Below, piece by piece: positions 13,040-25,464 of a DNA stretch of 64,000 nt (the stretch's first letter is position 1; each line of letters starts with the position of its first letter). This DNA comes from Camelus dromedarius (taxonomy: Eukaryota). The position numbers were made by a program, and so were the translations under genes. The notes beneath the pieces are model-generated. The model did not search any database and was not told the origin of the DNA. It was given only the letters and a program-made list of their open reading frames with translations. Location: the NCBI RefSeq assembly GCF_036321535.1, contig NC_087436.1, forward strand, positions 58,840,001-58,904,000, given 5' to 3'.

Positions 13040-13545
13040 AACTGACCATTACCTGAAATACCTGTAAATCTGGGTGAATGCTTCTCTTTTTTTTATAGTC
13101 CCCCCAAATATACCAGGTTTCCTGGCCTTGACAGGAAGTGACCTTCGTTACTCAGTTTTATGGCTGGTAATCCTGTAAGCCAGGTACCAGGGCAGTTTTC
13201 ACAAGAGGGCTTTGGGATCATTGGCTCCATAGAGTAAACCTTAGTTCTTTAACATTGTTTGGTTACATCTGATTAACTGAGCATATCAAATACAATACCC
13301 TAGGCAAGGCCTTGATCACATGTGTTTCCAATTGTGTTCTACTAACAAGAAAGAAAGATTCTTATTGAACCTATTCAAATCATCGTATTTCCACAAAAAT
13401 AAGAATATTTAATAAGATTTTCTGAATTCTGGAAGGTAAGGCAGGGAGAAAAGGATATCATTTATAAATGTTTTATTTCAGTTTACAGAAGCATAATTTA
13501 CTAAACTATTATGAATTATAGATAGTTTAAGGGAAAAGTAAAGAG
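13040..13545 (-). mobile_element. ERV1 (MER4-group-like) internal sequence, part 2
   Basis: Continues part 1: tacctgtaaatctgggtgaatgcttctc..gtgtttccaattgtgttc..agattcttattgaacctattcaaat. Confidence 0.7.
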
Positions 13546-14019
13546 ATTATATATAAGTGTGTGTGTCTGTGTGCATGGGATGGAGGTGGAGGTGGGGGGG
13601 AGTGTACTGAAGAGGTTCCCTGGGTTAGACATTAGGATAAGGAAGGAAGAAAAGTAGTAAATAGAACAGTGGTAATGTGGTTTGGAGTTATTCCAGGGTC
13701 TCTAGATTCTATACACAGACTTATCATTTATGAAATAAATGATGAACATATGCCTAAGTGATAAATTGCTCCTTTCAGTATAATTAACTCATCTATTTGA
13801 TGTTTAAAAATTTATTCATGAAGAAAATCAATGTTTTTTGTTATTTATGTGAGAAATATACATGATCAAATATTAGATATGGGTATATTTTATAGTAAGT
13901 CTACATAAAAAATTACCTAGACTCTAATTAAATTGATAAACTTTAAGAAAAATCATGAACTCATATATAATTTACAGTCATCAAAACCTAAATACCAAAG
14001 TATTATATAAATAAAACAT

Positions 14020-15270
14020 TTTCTTAAAATTCTAATATATGAAAATAAGTTGAAATTTTCAGAAGGATCACAGGAAATAGTTTGAGAAATATCTCAAAAA
14101 TACAACAAAAGAGAAAAAGTTACAAAATCAGAGGGTCTGTCTGAGAAATCCTATTAAAGTAGTTGTACAAAGAAAAAACATTTAAAAAGAGGTTAAAGTT
14201 TATCAAATAAATAGTATAAGAAAATAAGCTTCCAGAATTGACTTTATCATGAAGTGATCAGTACTGTTAATGAAAAAAAATCCTTATAAAGTTATATTCA
14301 CTATTAAATTAAGAGGAGATACAGAGATTCTTAAAATCACTGAGGAATAAAAACACGTCACAAAGATGATTGGAATTACTTCCCTACAGTTACTAGACAC
14401 TGGTATTTAGTCTTCAACTTTTCTGGTCCCAAATTTCTAATCTAGAATTCTATGCTCAGTAAAAATGAGTATGAGGGACAGAATAATGATGTTTTCAGAC
14501 ATGAAACATCTTTAAAATTCACTCAATATGCCATTTCTCCAGGAGGTACTGGAAGATAAGCTCCACAAAATGATGACTAAACCAAGGAATAGAATAATAT
14601 TGAATTCAGGAAAGGGAAGATTAAAAAACACCTCATGGGTAAAGATGATGCTCTGGATAAACACCAAAGAAATACCAGGATAAGAGCTAAGTAGCACACC
14701 TAGGGAGCAACCAGCCAGATTGAAACATTGAAACAAGAGAAAAATGATATTTCTTTTGGCAATGAATGGGAAAGTAGAAAATCAAGCAAACCAAAAAAAA
14801 TTTTAAAATTGCTCCAATAAAGTTAAAATTTGTACAGCCATTGATATTTATTAATTGAACATTTACTCCTCAGTGGTGACAAGTTACAATATTATGTGCC
14901 CCAAATGATTAATCCTTGAAATTTGGATGCTTATATATTAGAAGGGAATGAAGAAGGGAGGTGTAAGTAAAAGTAGAGAGTACTACATATTAGAGACCTA
15001 AATCTTCATCCTCCAATTGTGGAAATGCTATATTCAAAACCTAAACATCAGAAAATGGCAGCGAATGTATGTTAGCCTCAAATGCAGAGGCAAAACAAGA
15101 AGAAACAGCTCAAAGAATCGCAAATGATTGTTTCCTGAAATTGATAACTTAGGAAAGTGAAGGGGGAGTGGGACATATAACTACTGTGTGTTTTTTCTTT
15201 TAAGATTATAAAACTACTTGAATTTTGAGACTGATGTGTATTTTTTAATTTAAAGTAGAATAAATTAAAA
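14020..15270 (+). mobile_element. HAL1/old L1 remnant (ORF1-like region plus 3' part)
   Basis: ORF1-like aatctagaattctatgctcag..ttttcagacatg, followed by HAL1-like aaaccaagg..cctagggagcaaccagccagattg. Confidence 0.55.
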
Positions 15271-16312
15271 AATAACTATAGCAAAATATATAATTCATTT
15301 ACTTCTATTACCTAAAAGAAAGTGTTGAAGGGAGCAGAGAAGGGAGAAACGGCAAGTACTTCTCTCATCAACTCTCTGTACTGCTCCATGAGGAATCCTA
15401 GAGGAGGCACATGGCCAAAATTCAGGGCAGTTTGGTTACGGGATTCTCACTGTAGCAATTCCTCAAAAGTGTTCTTTCATTTTGTTTTTCATAATCAAGT
15501 GATCATGCATTATATATCAAATGAATGACTAAAGAGTCAATAAGGATGCCTTTCCTAACTGTCCACATTATGTTTCCACTGCAGCCAGCATCCTGTAATA
15601 TAACCCTATCTGCTTCATATAAGTAGTTTTTATTAATATGTTTCTATTTGTACTTTGCACAAATTAATGTCTATATGGATAATAGAGGTACACATAGGTG
15701 TGTGCTCAGCATGGATGTAGCTATTTCTATCCTCCTTATACTTCTGGCCATTGCTTGCAGCAAAAGGAACTACATTTTGCAGCATCTTTACTCCACAAAT
15801 TTAAATGTTTTAGGTGATTTTTTTCCCACAGAGACAATTTTAGGATGAAGAGAGGCACAAATTACCGGAGTGTCAATTATAGTAATGCTTTTACGTAATA
15901 GGTATGAATGGTGGGTCATAAGAACCACTAGTCTCTTTCTTGTTACTAATAACATAGTGCCAATCGAATTCTACATATGCGGATAGTGGCTTGTGAGGGA
16001 GGTAATAAAAATGAACAAACTTATTCCTATTAAAAGCATACCTTGAGCACACAAAACAATGTATATTAGGCCAAACTTTCAAACAAAGTGGTAACAGGAA
16101 TCTGACAGTGACAAGTCTCTCTTCTCTGACTCTTTCAAAGATACCATAAAAAGGGTGTGAACACACTAATGTTTAAAAACAAGAGGTAGCCTGTGGGAGC
16201 ATTTGGATATTAATTTGCAGAGTAATATCTTATAATGCTCAAATCGCTGTGAGCACTCCCAGAAAAGAGCACACGAAGGAGCTCTTTAATGGGACAGTTT
16301 ATGCTTCTAAGA

Positions 16313-16757
16313 GAGGGATTCTTAACCTGGGGGCCATGGGCTCCCTCTGTGGATAGGATTCAGGGATGCAACACAAAGATCCTTGCGTTATGAGAGGGAA
16401 AACCTTATGCATATCACTGTAGTATCAGCAGTCCACGTAACCTTGTCACTAATGGGAATCAGAGACTTTATACATCACGAAGCTCTTAATTGCAGATATT
16501 TTGAAATACAGCTCATGCTCATTAACACTTCGAAATTATTGTAGTTATTGGACATACTAATGGAATTTATTATTTTAGGCATTAATAAAGAATAAGTTTG
16601 TTTTTAATATTTTTAAAACCATATTTTGATATAATTGGTTTATATTTAATTTTATGCACTCTAGTTTATTCATTTAAAAACACTATTCTGAAAAGTAGTC
16701 CAGGCTTTACAAGACTACCAAAGTGATTCATGGATCAGAAGTGGTTACAAATCTCTG
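16313..16757 (+). mobile_element. hAT-Charlie non-autonomous DNA transposon (Charlie4-like)
   Basis: Imperfect TIRs gagggattcttaacc / ggttacaaatctctg; internal atataattggttt..catttaaaaacactattctgaaaag. Confidence 0.7.
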
Positions 16758-18544
16758 ATTAAATTTAGGGGTAAAAAATATTCTGCTTTTGACTTTGAGA
16801 ATGTTTGAGGATTAAGTACTCAGGTAAATGCCAGGAAGTCAGGTATTATTTTGGAATAGCTTTAAGAATTTTTTTTTTTTCCTTTTTGAGAGAAGGGCAG
16901 AGAGTTGGACATCTTAGAAGTCTTCCAGAGCATGTACATGTCTAATGTAGGAATATGTACCATAAAACTTTAGACGTTTTAAAATACTGTGTTGTAGCAC
17001 AAAGTTGATGGGGAGGAAGAGAGAGATTCCCTGGACACATGGAGATAATGGATAGGGATTCCAAGTGTTGATGGAGACATTCTGAAATGGTCAGAGTGAT
17101 GTAGCAGTCCATTTTCACTACATTGATTTTTCACTGTGATTGAATTGAACTTGTTTGTTCATCAGAAGTTGCCTCTGGCACCTGATTTTTGCTCCATGTT
17201 CTTTTCGTTTCTCTTTTTTCATCTAACTCATGTCATATTAATCCTCATTGTTATCTAGCAACAGAATATGACATTCCTGAGAGAGGAAAGGACTTGGGTA
17301 CTCAAGGTCTTCGTCAGCCATAGCTGCTCACACTACTGACAGTTAGTAAGAAATCAGTGCTTTCTATTTTTGTTTTAATTTGTTTTTTTGAATTACAAAT
17401 TTTATTCTCAACAATGCAAGAGTTGAAAGTTAGAAATACCTGATATAGGTTGTGAAGTATTGTTTTTTCCCATTCTTAACTTGGTTCCTAGTCAAACACA
17501 CTCAAAGATGCTTGCTGAATTCTCAAACCATGCATTTTTGCTGGGAAAGAGCAATCTAGAAGGTATCTCCAGAACTATCAATTGCAACCACTCTTCAGAA
17601 ATCCTTTATGAGTACATTTCAGTGATGCTCTGACACCCTTGAAACCTTTGCAACATTTGTAAGTTTGAGCTTTCTTCATACTGTACATTGTAAACTAATA
17701 CAAACAGGGACCAGATATCATGTACTGTATGTAAAACCTTGCATAGAACATGTTTAGCCAAATGCAGTGTCACTGGTCCACAGATTTTAATTAAATAATA
17801 CTGGGGAACTTTTCATGGAAAAAGAGATGGTAGCATATTATAGAGATTTGGTTTTTTCCGAGTATTTATATTTGTACTACTTATGAGGATCCTGCAGCAT
17901 CTTATTTTGTATTGTGTTTAGGGCCATCATGCATATAGCTACTATATTTGAAAAAGATAGCAAGTGATGATTTTATAATAATGTGCCTTTAAAAATATTC
18001 ACTTTAAGAATCATTCTCTGGATAAAATTCTCTGGCTGGAAATAGTTTCTTTGAGTGTAAACCTTTTTGTTTGTTTGTTTTGTTACTCCTCCTATTTACC
18101 ATACTTTCACTGAAAAAGAAAACAAGACAAAATAAAAAACAAAACTTTGCTTTATTTTTCCACAGTTATTACATTATCTTCCCCCTGTTCTCCTTTACTT
18201 CAGGTCTCATATATTAAATTTCTCCTAGTGGTTTCTCAGTACTACTTTCCAATCCACTTCAAGCCATTTGGCTATCTTCTTTTTTATAAATTTGATTATC
18301 AGTGTTGGACCCATTTGTACCATCGTACTTATAGAGAATAATAGCACACCAATGATAAAAACCTTTGAAAACCTCATCCTCACCTGATGGTGGTAATATT
18401 TTAACAACTTTAAATTAGACTTGAAAAATGGCACATAGTTTTTCCTTCACTGAATTGATATTTTCTTATTGGAAATTTTTATAATCTAGTTCGGATGCTT
18501 TTATATGATGATTCATTACATTAATGTCAATGTAATATACTTAT

Positions 18545-18665
18545 TTAGAGCATGAATTTTGGACCTAAACTGCCAGGGATTAAATGCTGCCTCTGCCACT
18601 TCCTGATTGTGTAACCTTGGGCAAGTCACTGAACTTCCGTGGCTTCCTCATCTCCAAAATAGGCA
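18545..18665 (+). mobile_element. MIR SINE fragment
   Basis: ctctgccacttcctgattgtgtaaccttgggcaagtcactgaac..ttcctcatctccaaaatagg. Confidence 0.75.
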
Positions 18666-19091
18666 CATTCCATTATCGGTCAGATCAAGTGAGGAAGGCA
18701 GCCCACACTGAGAATGTTGGAGGAAGAGACTCCATGTTTTGATGGGAAGAATAGTGACATCACAGTGCAAAGGAATCTTGATATAGGGATTATAATTTAT
18801 TGGAGGACATTAGCATCTTGATATACTACTTACTGAGTAATTAAACACAAAAGTTTTCTTCTTATAGTGTAACTGATCCAGCTTAAAGGTTGGAATATCC
18901 TTAGTCAACAATATTGCATCTTTCTGCTCACCAGGTTAAATTTGGATTCTGGACAAAGTGAATGTTTTTCTACCCACGTGATCTACCCAAAGCTCTTTAT
19001 TTGATCTGAGAAAATCTTAGGCTTTATAAAAAAAGTTCTGTTCTTCCCTCAATGATTTAAGACAATTTAAAATAGTGTCTTTGTTGAAATA

Positions 19092-19309
19092 CAGTTGGCC
19101 CTTGAATTATACAGGTTTGAACTGAGTGGGTCCACTTATATGTGGATTTTTTCCAATAAATACATACTACAGTACTGCTGCACATTCTGAGGTTGGTTGA
19201 ATCCATGATGCAGGATTGTAGATACAAAAAGGACAAATTTAAATTTAAACATGAAATTTTGATTGCTTAGGGGTCAGTGCCCCTATCCTACCTTTTGAAA
19301 AGTGAACTA
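19092..19309 (+). mobile_element. TcMar-Tigger MITE (MER8/Tigger2-like)
   Basis: cagttggcccttgaa..ggtttgaactgagtgggtccacttatatgtggatttttt; degenerate 3' TIR; TA on both flanks. Confidence 0.85.
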
Positions 19310-19411
19310 TATATTCACTAGAATTACCTACAAATTAAAAAAAAAACCTATCTACCTCTGAACCCAACCTGACAATCTTTGACAAGTGAGAACAAAGGAT
19401 CTTTCCTTCTC

Positions 19412-20803
19412 TTTTTTTTTCCTTAGCTCTGTTGAAATACAATTGACACATAAAATTGTATAAATTTAAGGGTACAACGATGACTTGATACACATACATT
19501 TTGCAAAATAATTACCACAGTCAAATTTGTTACACTTTCACCTTAGATGATTACCTTTTGGTTTTGTTGTGGTGAGGACATTTAAGATTTACTCTCCTAG
19601 CAACTTTTAAGTATACAATACAGTGTTGTTCACTATAGTCACCATGTACCTTAGATGCCCAGAACTCATAACTGGAAGTTTGTACCCTTTGACAACATCT
19701 TCCCACCTCTCCCACCCACCCCAGGCCCTGGGAACTACCAGTCTACACTGTGATTCTGAGTTCACCTTTCTTAGATTCCACATTTAAGTGAGATCATTCA
19801 GTATTTGTCTCTCTCTCTCTGACTTATTTCACCTAGCACAATGCCCTTAATGTCCATCAATGTTGTAACAAATTGCAGAATTCTTTCTTTTTTATGGATG
19901 AGTAATATATGTACAATATTTTCTTTGTCCATTCATTCACGAGTGGACACTTAGGTTATTTCCTTATCTTGGCTATTGTGGATACGGCTGCAGTGAACTG
20001 GGGGGTGCAGACATCTCGTCAAGATTTCATTTCCTTGCATTAGTATCTGTGCGTATAAGGAAGCAGTCTCCTTTTTCTGCCCTTCCCAGCAGTTAGGAGG
20101 AACTGCTGACTTGCTTCTCTGCCCTGGCAGACTGGAGGATGTGCTCCAATGCTGCTTAGCATCTCTGGCCAGGCTTCCTGGTTGGGTGGGCTGGTGACTT
20201 GCTCCCCTGCTCAGGCAGGGCCCCAGAATGGGCTCCGAGATTGGAATGGCCTTCTGCCTGGTGGGTAAAACTGAGAAGAACTGCTGCCCGAGTTTACTGG
20301 CAGATGGAGCTACCAGCTTGGCTCTGCAGATAAGGAGAGCCACTGGTTCTCTGTTTGGGCACTACTGCCAGCAGAAAATCTGTCTGCCAAGATCTGCATG
20401 CTTGTTACTATGAGACCTGGCCCTCTTCTCTGTCTCTAGCTGTTTCCCTCAATGATTCTGAGGAGGCAATATGTAAGTAGGCCTGCTGAAGGCATGCTGT
20501 AATGCTGGGGAAGCTGGAAGTCCACCAGGGGCTTTCCTTTGACCATTGGAGAAACTGTAGGTCCTTGGAGAGTGCTGCACCAGACTTGGGGTAGGGGTGA
20601 TGCAGTCAAAGTGAAATTGCTCCTTTCACCCTTCTAACATGGTTTTTCCCAACGTTTGTGGTCCAAGAAATTGTTTTAACCTCACTCCTGAGTTCTGGGA
20701 TCTTCACAAAAGAGTCTTCTCTATGGAGAGTTGCCAGTTGTTCTTTCTGTGAGGGGAATTGAAGTTGGGAACCGTCTATTTCTCCATCTTGCTGTATCAT
20801 TCT
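19412..20803 (-). mobile_element. LINE-1 3' end (L1MA9-like) joined directly to an L1 5'UTR
   Basis: Poly-T at 19412, antisense 3'UTR to ~20015, then GC-richer 5'UTR ending tctccatcttgctg, homologous to 42680-42990. Confidence 0.75.
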
Positions 20804-21829
20804 AACTATTTCTAATACAAATTTTGGATGATACTTATGCCTAGTAATAATATTAGGAACCATTGGTTTATTAGACATTGAACTCCCACATCAACTGTAT
20901 GAAAAAAATGTATGTGTTCTCCTATAACACACAGAAGCCTCTGTCTTTTTCTATAGTATGACAGAAGGTGTAATAGTCCTGGTTAAATTTGATTTCACCA
21001 TCATTTATAGCATTGTGACCAAGATAATAATTCTTCTGTATTCTAACTCAAGGCCAGGTGTAAAGACTCTCCCATCTGAGTTTAGAGAGAATTCTCTGAT
21101 ACAGTGACATGAATACCTCTGTGCCTGAGAATAGTTTCTAATCATCAGGGGTTGGGGAGTTATGCTTGGAATATAGTGTATTAAGTTCCAGAGAAATGCC
21201 TATAAGGAAAGGCAGGAGGTGAAGTCTTGCATACATACAGGTATAGGTTAAAAGTCACCAGGATTTAGGCACGTCATTAACTTTCATCTTATTCACAGGC
21301 CTTACTCACATGTATCAAAGTCTTGTCAGGAAAATATTCCAGTCAAGGGGTTTAATTGGGTGCTTTCAATACCCTTGGAAAGGTAGGGGAAACAAATGTC
21401 AGAGAAAGCTCATGGTGATCTCAGGAAATTTTTAAGTTGAAGAAATTATAGGAAACCAGCACTAATTTCAGCTACCTGCAGGACTTAATTAATCAATTCA
21501 TGGGCGAGTATCTGGAAGAGATCGCATAACTTTGCTTTCAGCCAAAGTCAGTGTGCTTGCTTCCTTTTGTTAGCGGGACTAAGATGAATTCTAGTTCTTA
21601 TCTAACTTTAAAATCTAGTGAAAGCGATTTTCTTTAGCAGAATCTAAGTTGGAACTCAGCTAGGAGTTTAGTCTGCAAAATGTAGTTTTCTATGCTTCTT
21701 TCCTCAGAAATACTGGAGACAAGTTGGAGAGTTGGGTAAACTGCTGAATACAAGTAGGCATTATCTACGTTGCCTGAACCATAATTGTATGTGATATTCT
21801 TCTTCCTTTTTCCCAGATTAAGAGACACT

Positions 21830-21948
21830 GGGCAGCTTGTTAGAATGCAGATTCCTAGTATATCCTTAATAAAACCAAGCATCCGTAGTGTTACGAAGCA
21901 AACAAAATTATACTTATTCATTCTAGATTTTAAGAATCACTGCCCTAG
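21830..21948. mobile_element. MER5-like hAT remnant
   Basis: cttgttagaatgcagattcct and tttaagaatcactgccctag. Confidence 0.4.
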
Positions 21949-23616
21949 GAGAATCAAGTTATTACGTATTTCGTAAAATACATGTCTCAAGTTCCAAGTG
22001 AGAAACTGAATGTGGTTTGAAGTTCAGAAGCAAAAGTGTGGTCATGTGTATACCAACATGTACACATCAATATATGCTAGAATATTTAATGTTATTTATC
22101 AAACAAAAAAATTACTACAACTGCTTTAGACAGTATTATAGAGCTTAAAAATACATTTCAAAAATGTGAAAGACAGAGATTTTAGCATAAAGTGCAAAAT
22201 GATGGTTTTATAATAATAGTTTTTATAATTATTCCTAGGAAGTTGTGATTCTCTTATGTTTCTATAATAAAGGAGCAAGTAAGTATCTCCCCACACTAAT
22301 TTTAATGTTTTAAAATGTAAATGGCTATGACATTTTAAAGAAATTTACATTTTATTTCTAAGGTAGGTTAAATTGTATTTTAACTATTTACCTTACAATG
22401 TAAATTATATTCATTGTATAATTATTTTTATAAAATATGTATTTCAGTGGAAATAATGTCTAAAATGTGGAGGCAGGGCTCCTAATTCTCAAAAGTCCTT
22501 TCTCATCTAAAATTTGTGAATCTCTAATATTTTTGGTTGATTTAGGAAAAAGAAACAGACAACATTCAGTTAAATTTTCATAATATTCAAGTTCCTCCAG
22601 ACCAAGTTAGATCTGGCTTGAAAGAACGATGTCTCCAAGGAAACTTAACCTTATTCTCTTTCTAAATCTATAAATACTTACTGGGGGTTGCCTCCTTTAC
22701 TCTCAGAGGCTCCTTATAACTTTATAGCAACTGGTGGAAAATTTAACAAAAACATCTTAAGTTCATTTTTTTTTTTCAGTCCCAAACTCTCAGTACAGGA
22801 TAACTTTTTATGAAGTTACTTTTTGCCATTTAATCTCTTTCCCCACCTCATCAATACCATTTACCTGATTATTTCTCATTCTGCCCTCACTAGCCTGTAA
22901 TCAAATTCTTCCTTGACATGTGTTCAGTGTTACAGCTTCCCTTGGGTCAGTGCCACCTTAGCTGATATACACTCGGCCTTTCACAGTTCCCCACACCTGC
23001 AAGCATCAGGACAAACTTTCTCTCTTTAGGGTAGAGCATAAGATTGATAACCTGACAAAGCAATTACAGTAAAACTCTATTACAGAGCATTTCACTATTT
23101 CACAGATTCAGTTATACCTTGGGTCAAACTATGACCACTGTGCACATTGTGTATTTCTCTTAATATAACATGGACGGAGCCTACCCAGCAGGTGTTATCT
23201 TATCCTCTGACATCAGCATTATTACAGTGCGGTCTCTTTTATTGAATTGATTCATTTTGCTAGATAAAAAAACATTACTTTCTATGTAATTTGCAAGGAC
23301 TAGCAGATAAACAATGTCAGAAAATAATATCAGGCATCATTTTATCTTGTAATATAACCATATCCCATTACATATTGTCCCAGTTATAAAATATAGTTAG
23401 TGATTTATGTTTGTAGGCCAAATATTTTTAAATGATTTTCTGTGAAAGATGTTCTAAGAAGATATAATATTTGACTGAAGTAAAAATATTTATTCATATG
23501 ACTGATGATAGCAGATGCCTCTGATGCCTGCATGTTATCTCCTTTCATCCCAAGTTCTGTGCACTGAGACTCACCTGGTACCAAGACTCCCATTCCATGT
23601 ACTGATCTCCTGTCTT

Positions 23617-23844
23617 CAGGACTGACTTATCCGTTAGGCACAGTGCCTAGGCCCATGCTACTATTAGGAGCCCACAAAAATGTTTTAATTTCTTTTAAAT
23701 AAGAAGAAGCAAACTTGTAGGTCTATGAAAATGTTTTACTATATATTAGTAATATATTTGGCTGTATAAAAATGCAGTCATAAAATGAAAATTTAAATAC
23801 ATTCTGTGGTGGAAGGGGCCAACCACAGTCATAATGTGGCCTTT
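23617..23844 (-). mobile_element. hAT-Tip100 MITE (ORSL-like)
   Basis: caggactgacttatccgttaggcacagtgcctaggcccat..agtcataatgtggccttt; 8-bp TSD cctgtctt / catgtctt (7/8 match). Confidence 0.8.
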
Positions 23845-24184
23845 CATGTCTTTCCACTTTCTCCATTGTTGTCTGGTTGGTCATATATAAGTGTAGCTAG
23901 GACGTTCAGAGGAACTCACATCACCAGGGGCAACAGGAGGGAGTAGGAGCCAGGAAAACAAATTTGGGAGACATTTCTATCATTTTCCTGGAAGAACTGA
24001 GTACCTGTTGCCCCTCTATCATAACTTCACATACCTTATAAAGCACATTTATATACATTTTTCTGCATCTCTGTGTAAAGACAGTTTCTTACTTTATCGA
24101 GGACACAAACTAAGACTCTTGACTCTACTTCACCACCAATTTCAACCTTTTAAAATAGAAAACTCTTCTTTCTTGTTCCCAATT

Positions 24185-25388
24185 ATATTTTCTTTTATAC
24201 CAACAATTTTATTAAGATTTAATTCACATACCATAAAATTCACCTTGTAATAGTGTATCATTCAGTGGTCTTCAATGTATTCACAGACTTGTGCAATCAT
24301 CCTCATTCCCTAATTTTTGATCATTTTCATAACTCCAAAGGGAACCTCATACTCCTTCATAGTCATGTCCTCTCTGTTCTTTCCCCCAGATCCTGGAAAC
24401 CACTTACCTACTTTCTGTCTACATAGATTTGTCTCTAGACACTTCATATAAATGGCATTATATAATATGCAACCTTTTATGATTGGTTTCTTTCATTTAG
24501 TGTAATGTTTTTACGGTTCATTCGTGTTGTAGCATGGATCAGTTCTTTGTTCTATACATAAGACCATGTCATCTACAAAGAGATGTAGTTTTACTTCTGC
24601 TTTTCCAATCTTGGTGTTTTGTTTTCTTTTTCTTACCTAAACACCCAGGTTAGAACCCTTATTCCAAAGTTGAAATGAAGTGGAGTGCATGTATAGCCTT
24701 GTCTTATTCCTTGTCTTAGGTAAAGCTTTCACTATTAAGTATAATATTAACTGGAGATTTTCTGTAGATATGCTTTATTGTTTGAGGAAGTTCCCTTTTG
24801 CTACTACTTTGAGGAAACTCCCTTTTGCTACTACTTTGTTATAATGAAAGGGTATTGATTTTTTTCAAATGCTTTAATCTATGTCTATTAAATGCTTTAA
24901 TCTATGTCTATCATGTGTTTTTGATCTTCTAAGTAATGTGGGGTAAACATGGATGGTTTTTTGTATTTTGAACCAACTTTGACTTAGATAAATCCAACGT
25001 TGACATGATGTAATTTTTTTAAAATTTGTTACTGGACTCAAGTTTTTAGTGTTTGAGTAGTTCTGCATCTATATTCATAATGGGTATTAGTCTGATTTTT
25101 TTTATTGTAATGTTTTTGCCTGGTTTTGGTCATAGGGTGCTGGCTTTATTAAATGATTTGGGAAATATTCACTCTTTTATATTTTAGAAGGGTTTCTGAA
25201 GATTTGGTGTTATTTCTCCTTTAAACATTTATTAGAATAAACCAGCAAGTGATTTGGGCATGGGGGTTATTTTCTTTCTTTCTTTCTTCCTTCCTTTCTT
25301 TCCTTTTTCTTCCTTCCTTCCTCCTTTCCTTCCTTCCTTCCTTTCCTTCCTTTCTTTCCTTCCTTCCTTCCTTTCTTTTTCTTTCTTT

Positions 25389-25464
<76 letters not shown>

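Noticed and set aside
13577..13601. G-rich run as a G-quadruplex
   Set aside because: Mostly GG tracts next to a (TG)n low-complexity patch; weak and common
17259..17350. Short acceptor-led open frames here and near 23030, 29529, 62339 and 63688
   Set aside because: Early stops or no matching donor, and unrecognised peptides; expected by chance in T-rich DNA
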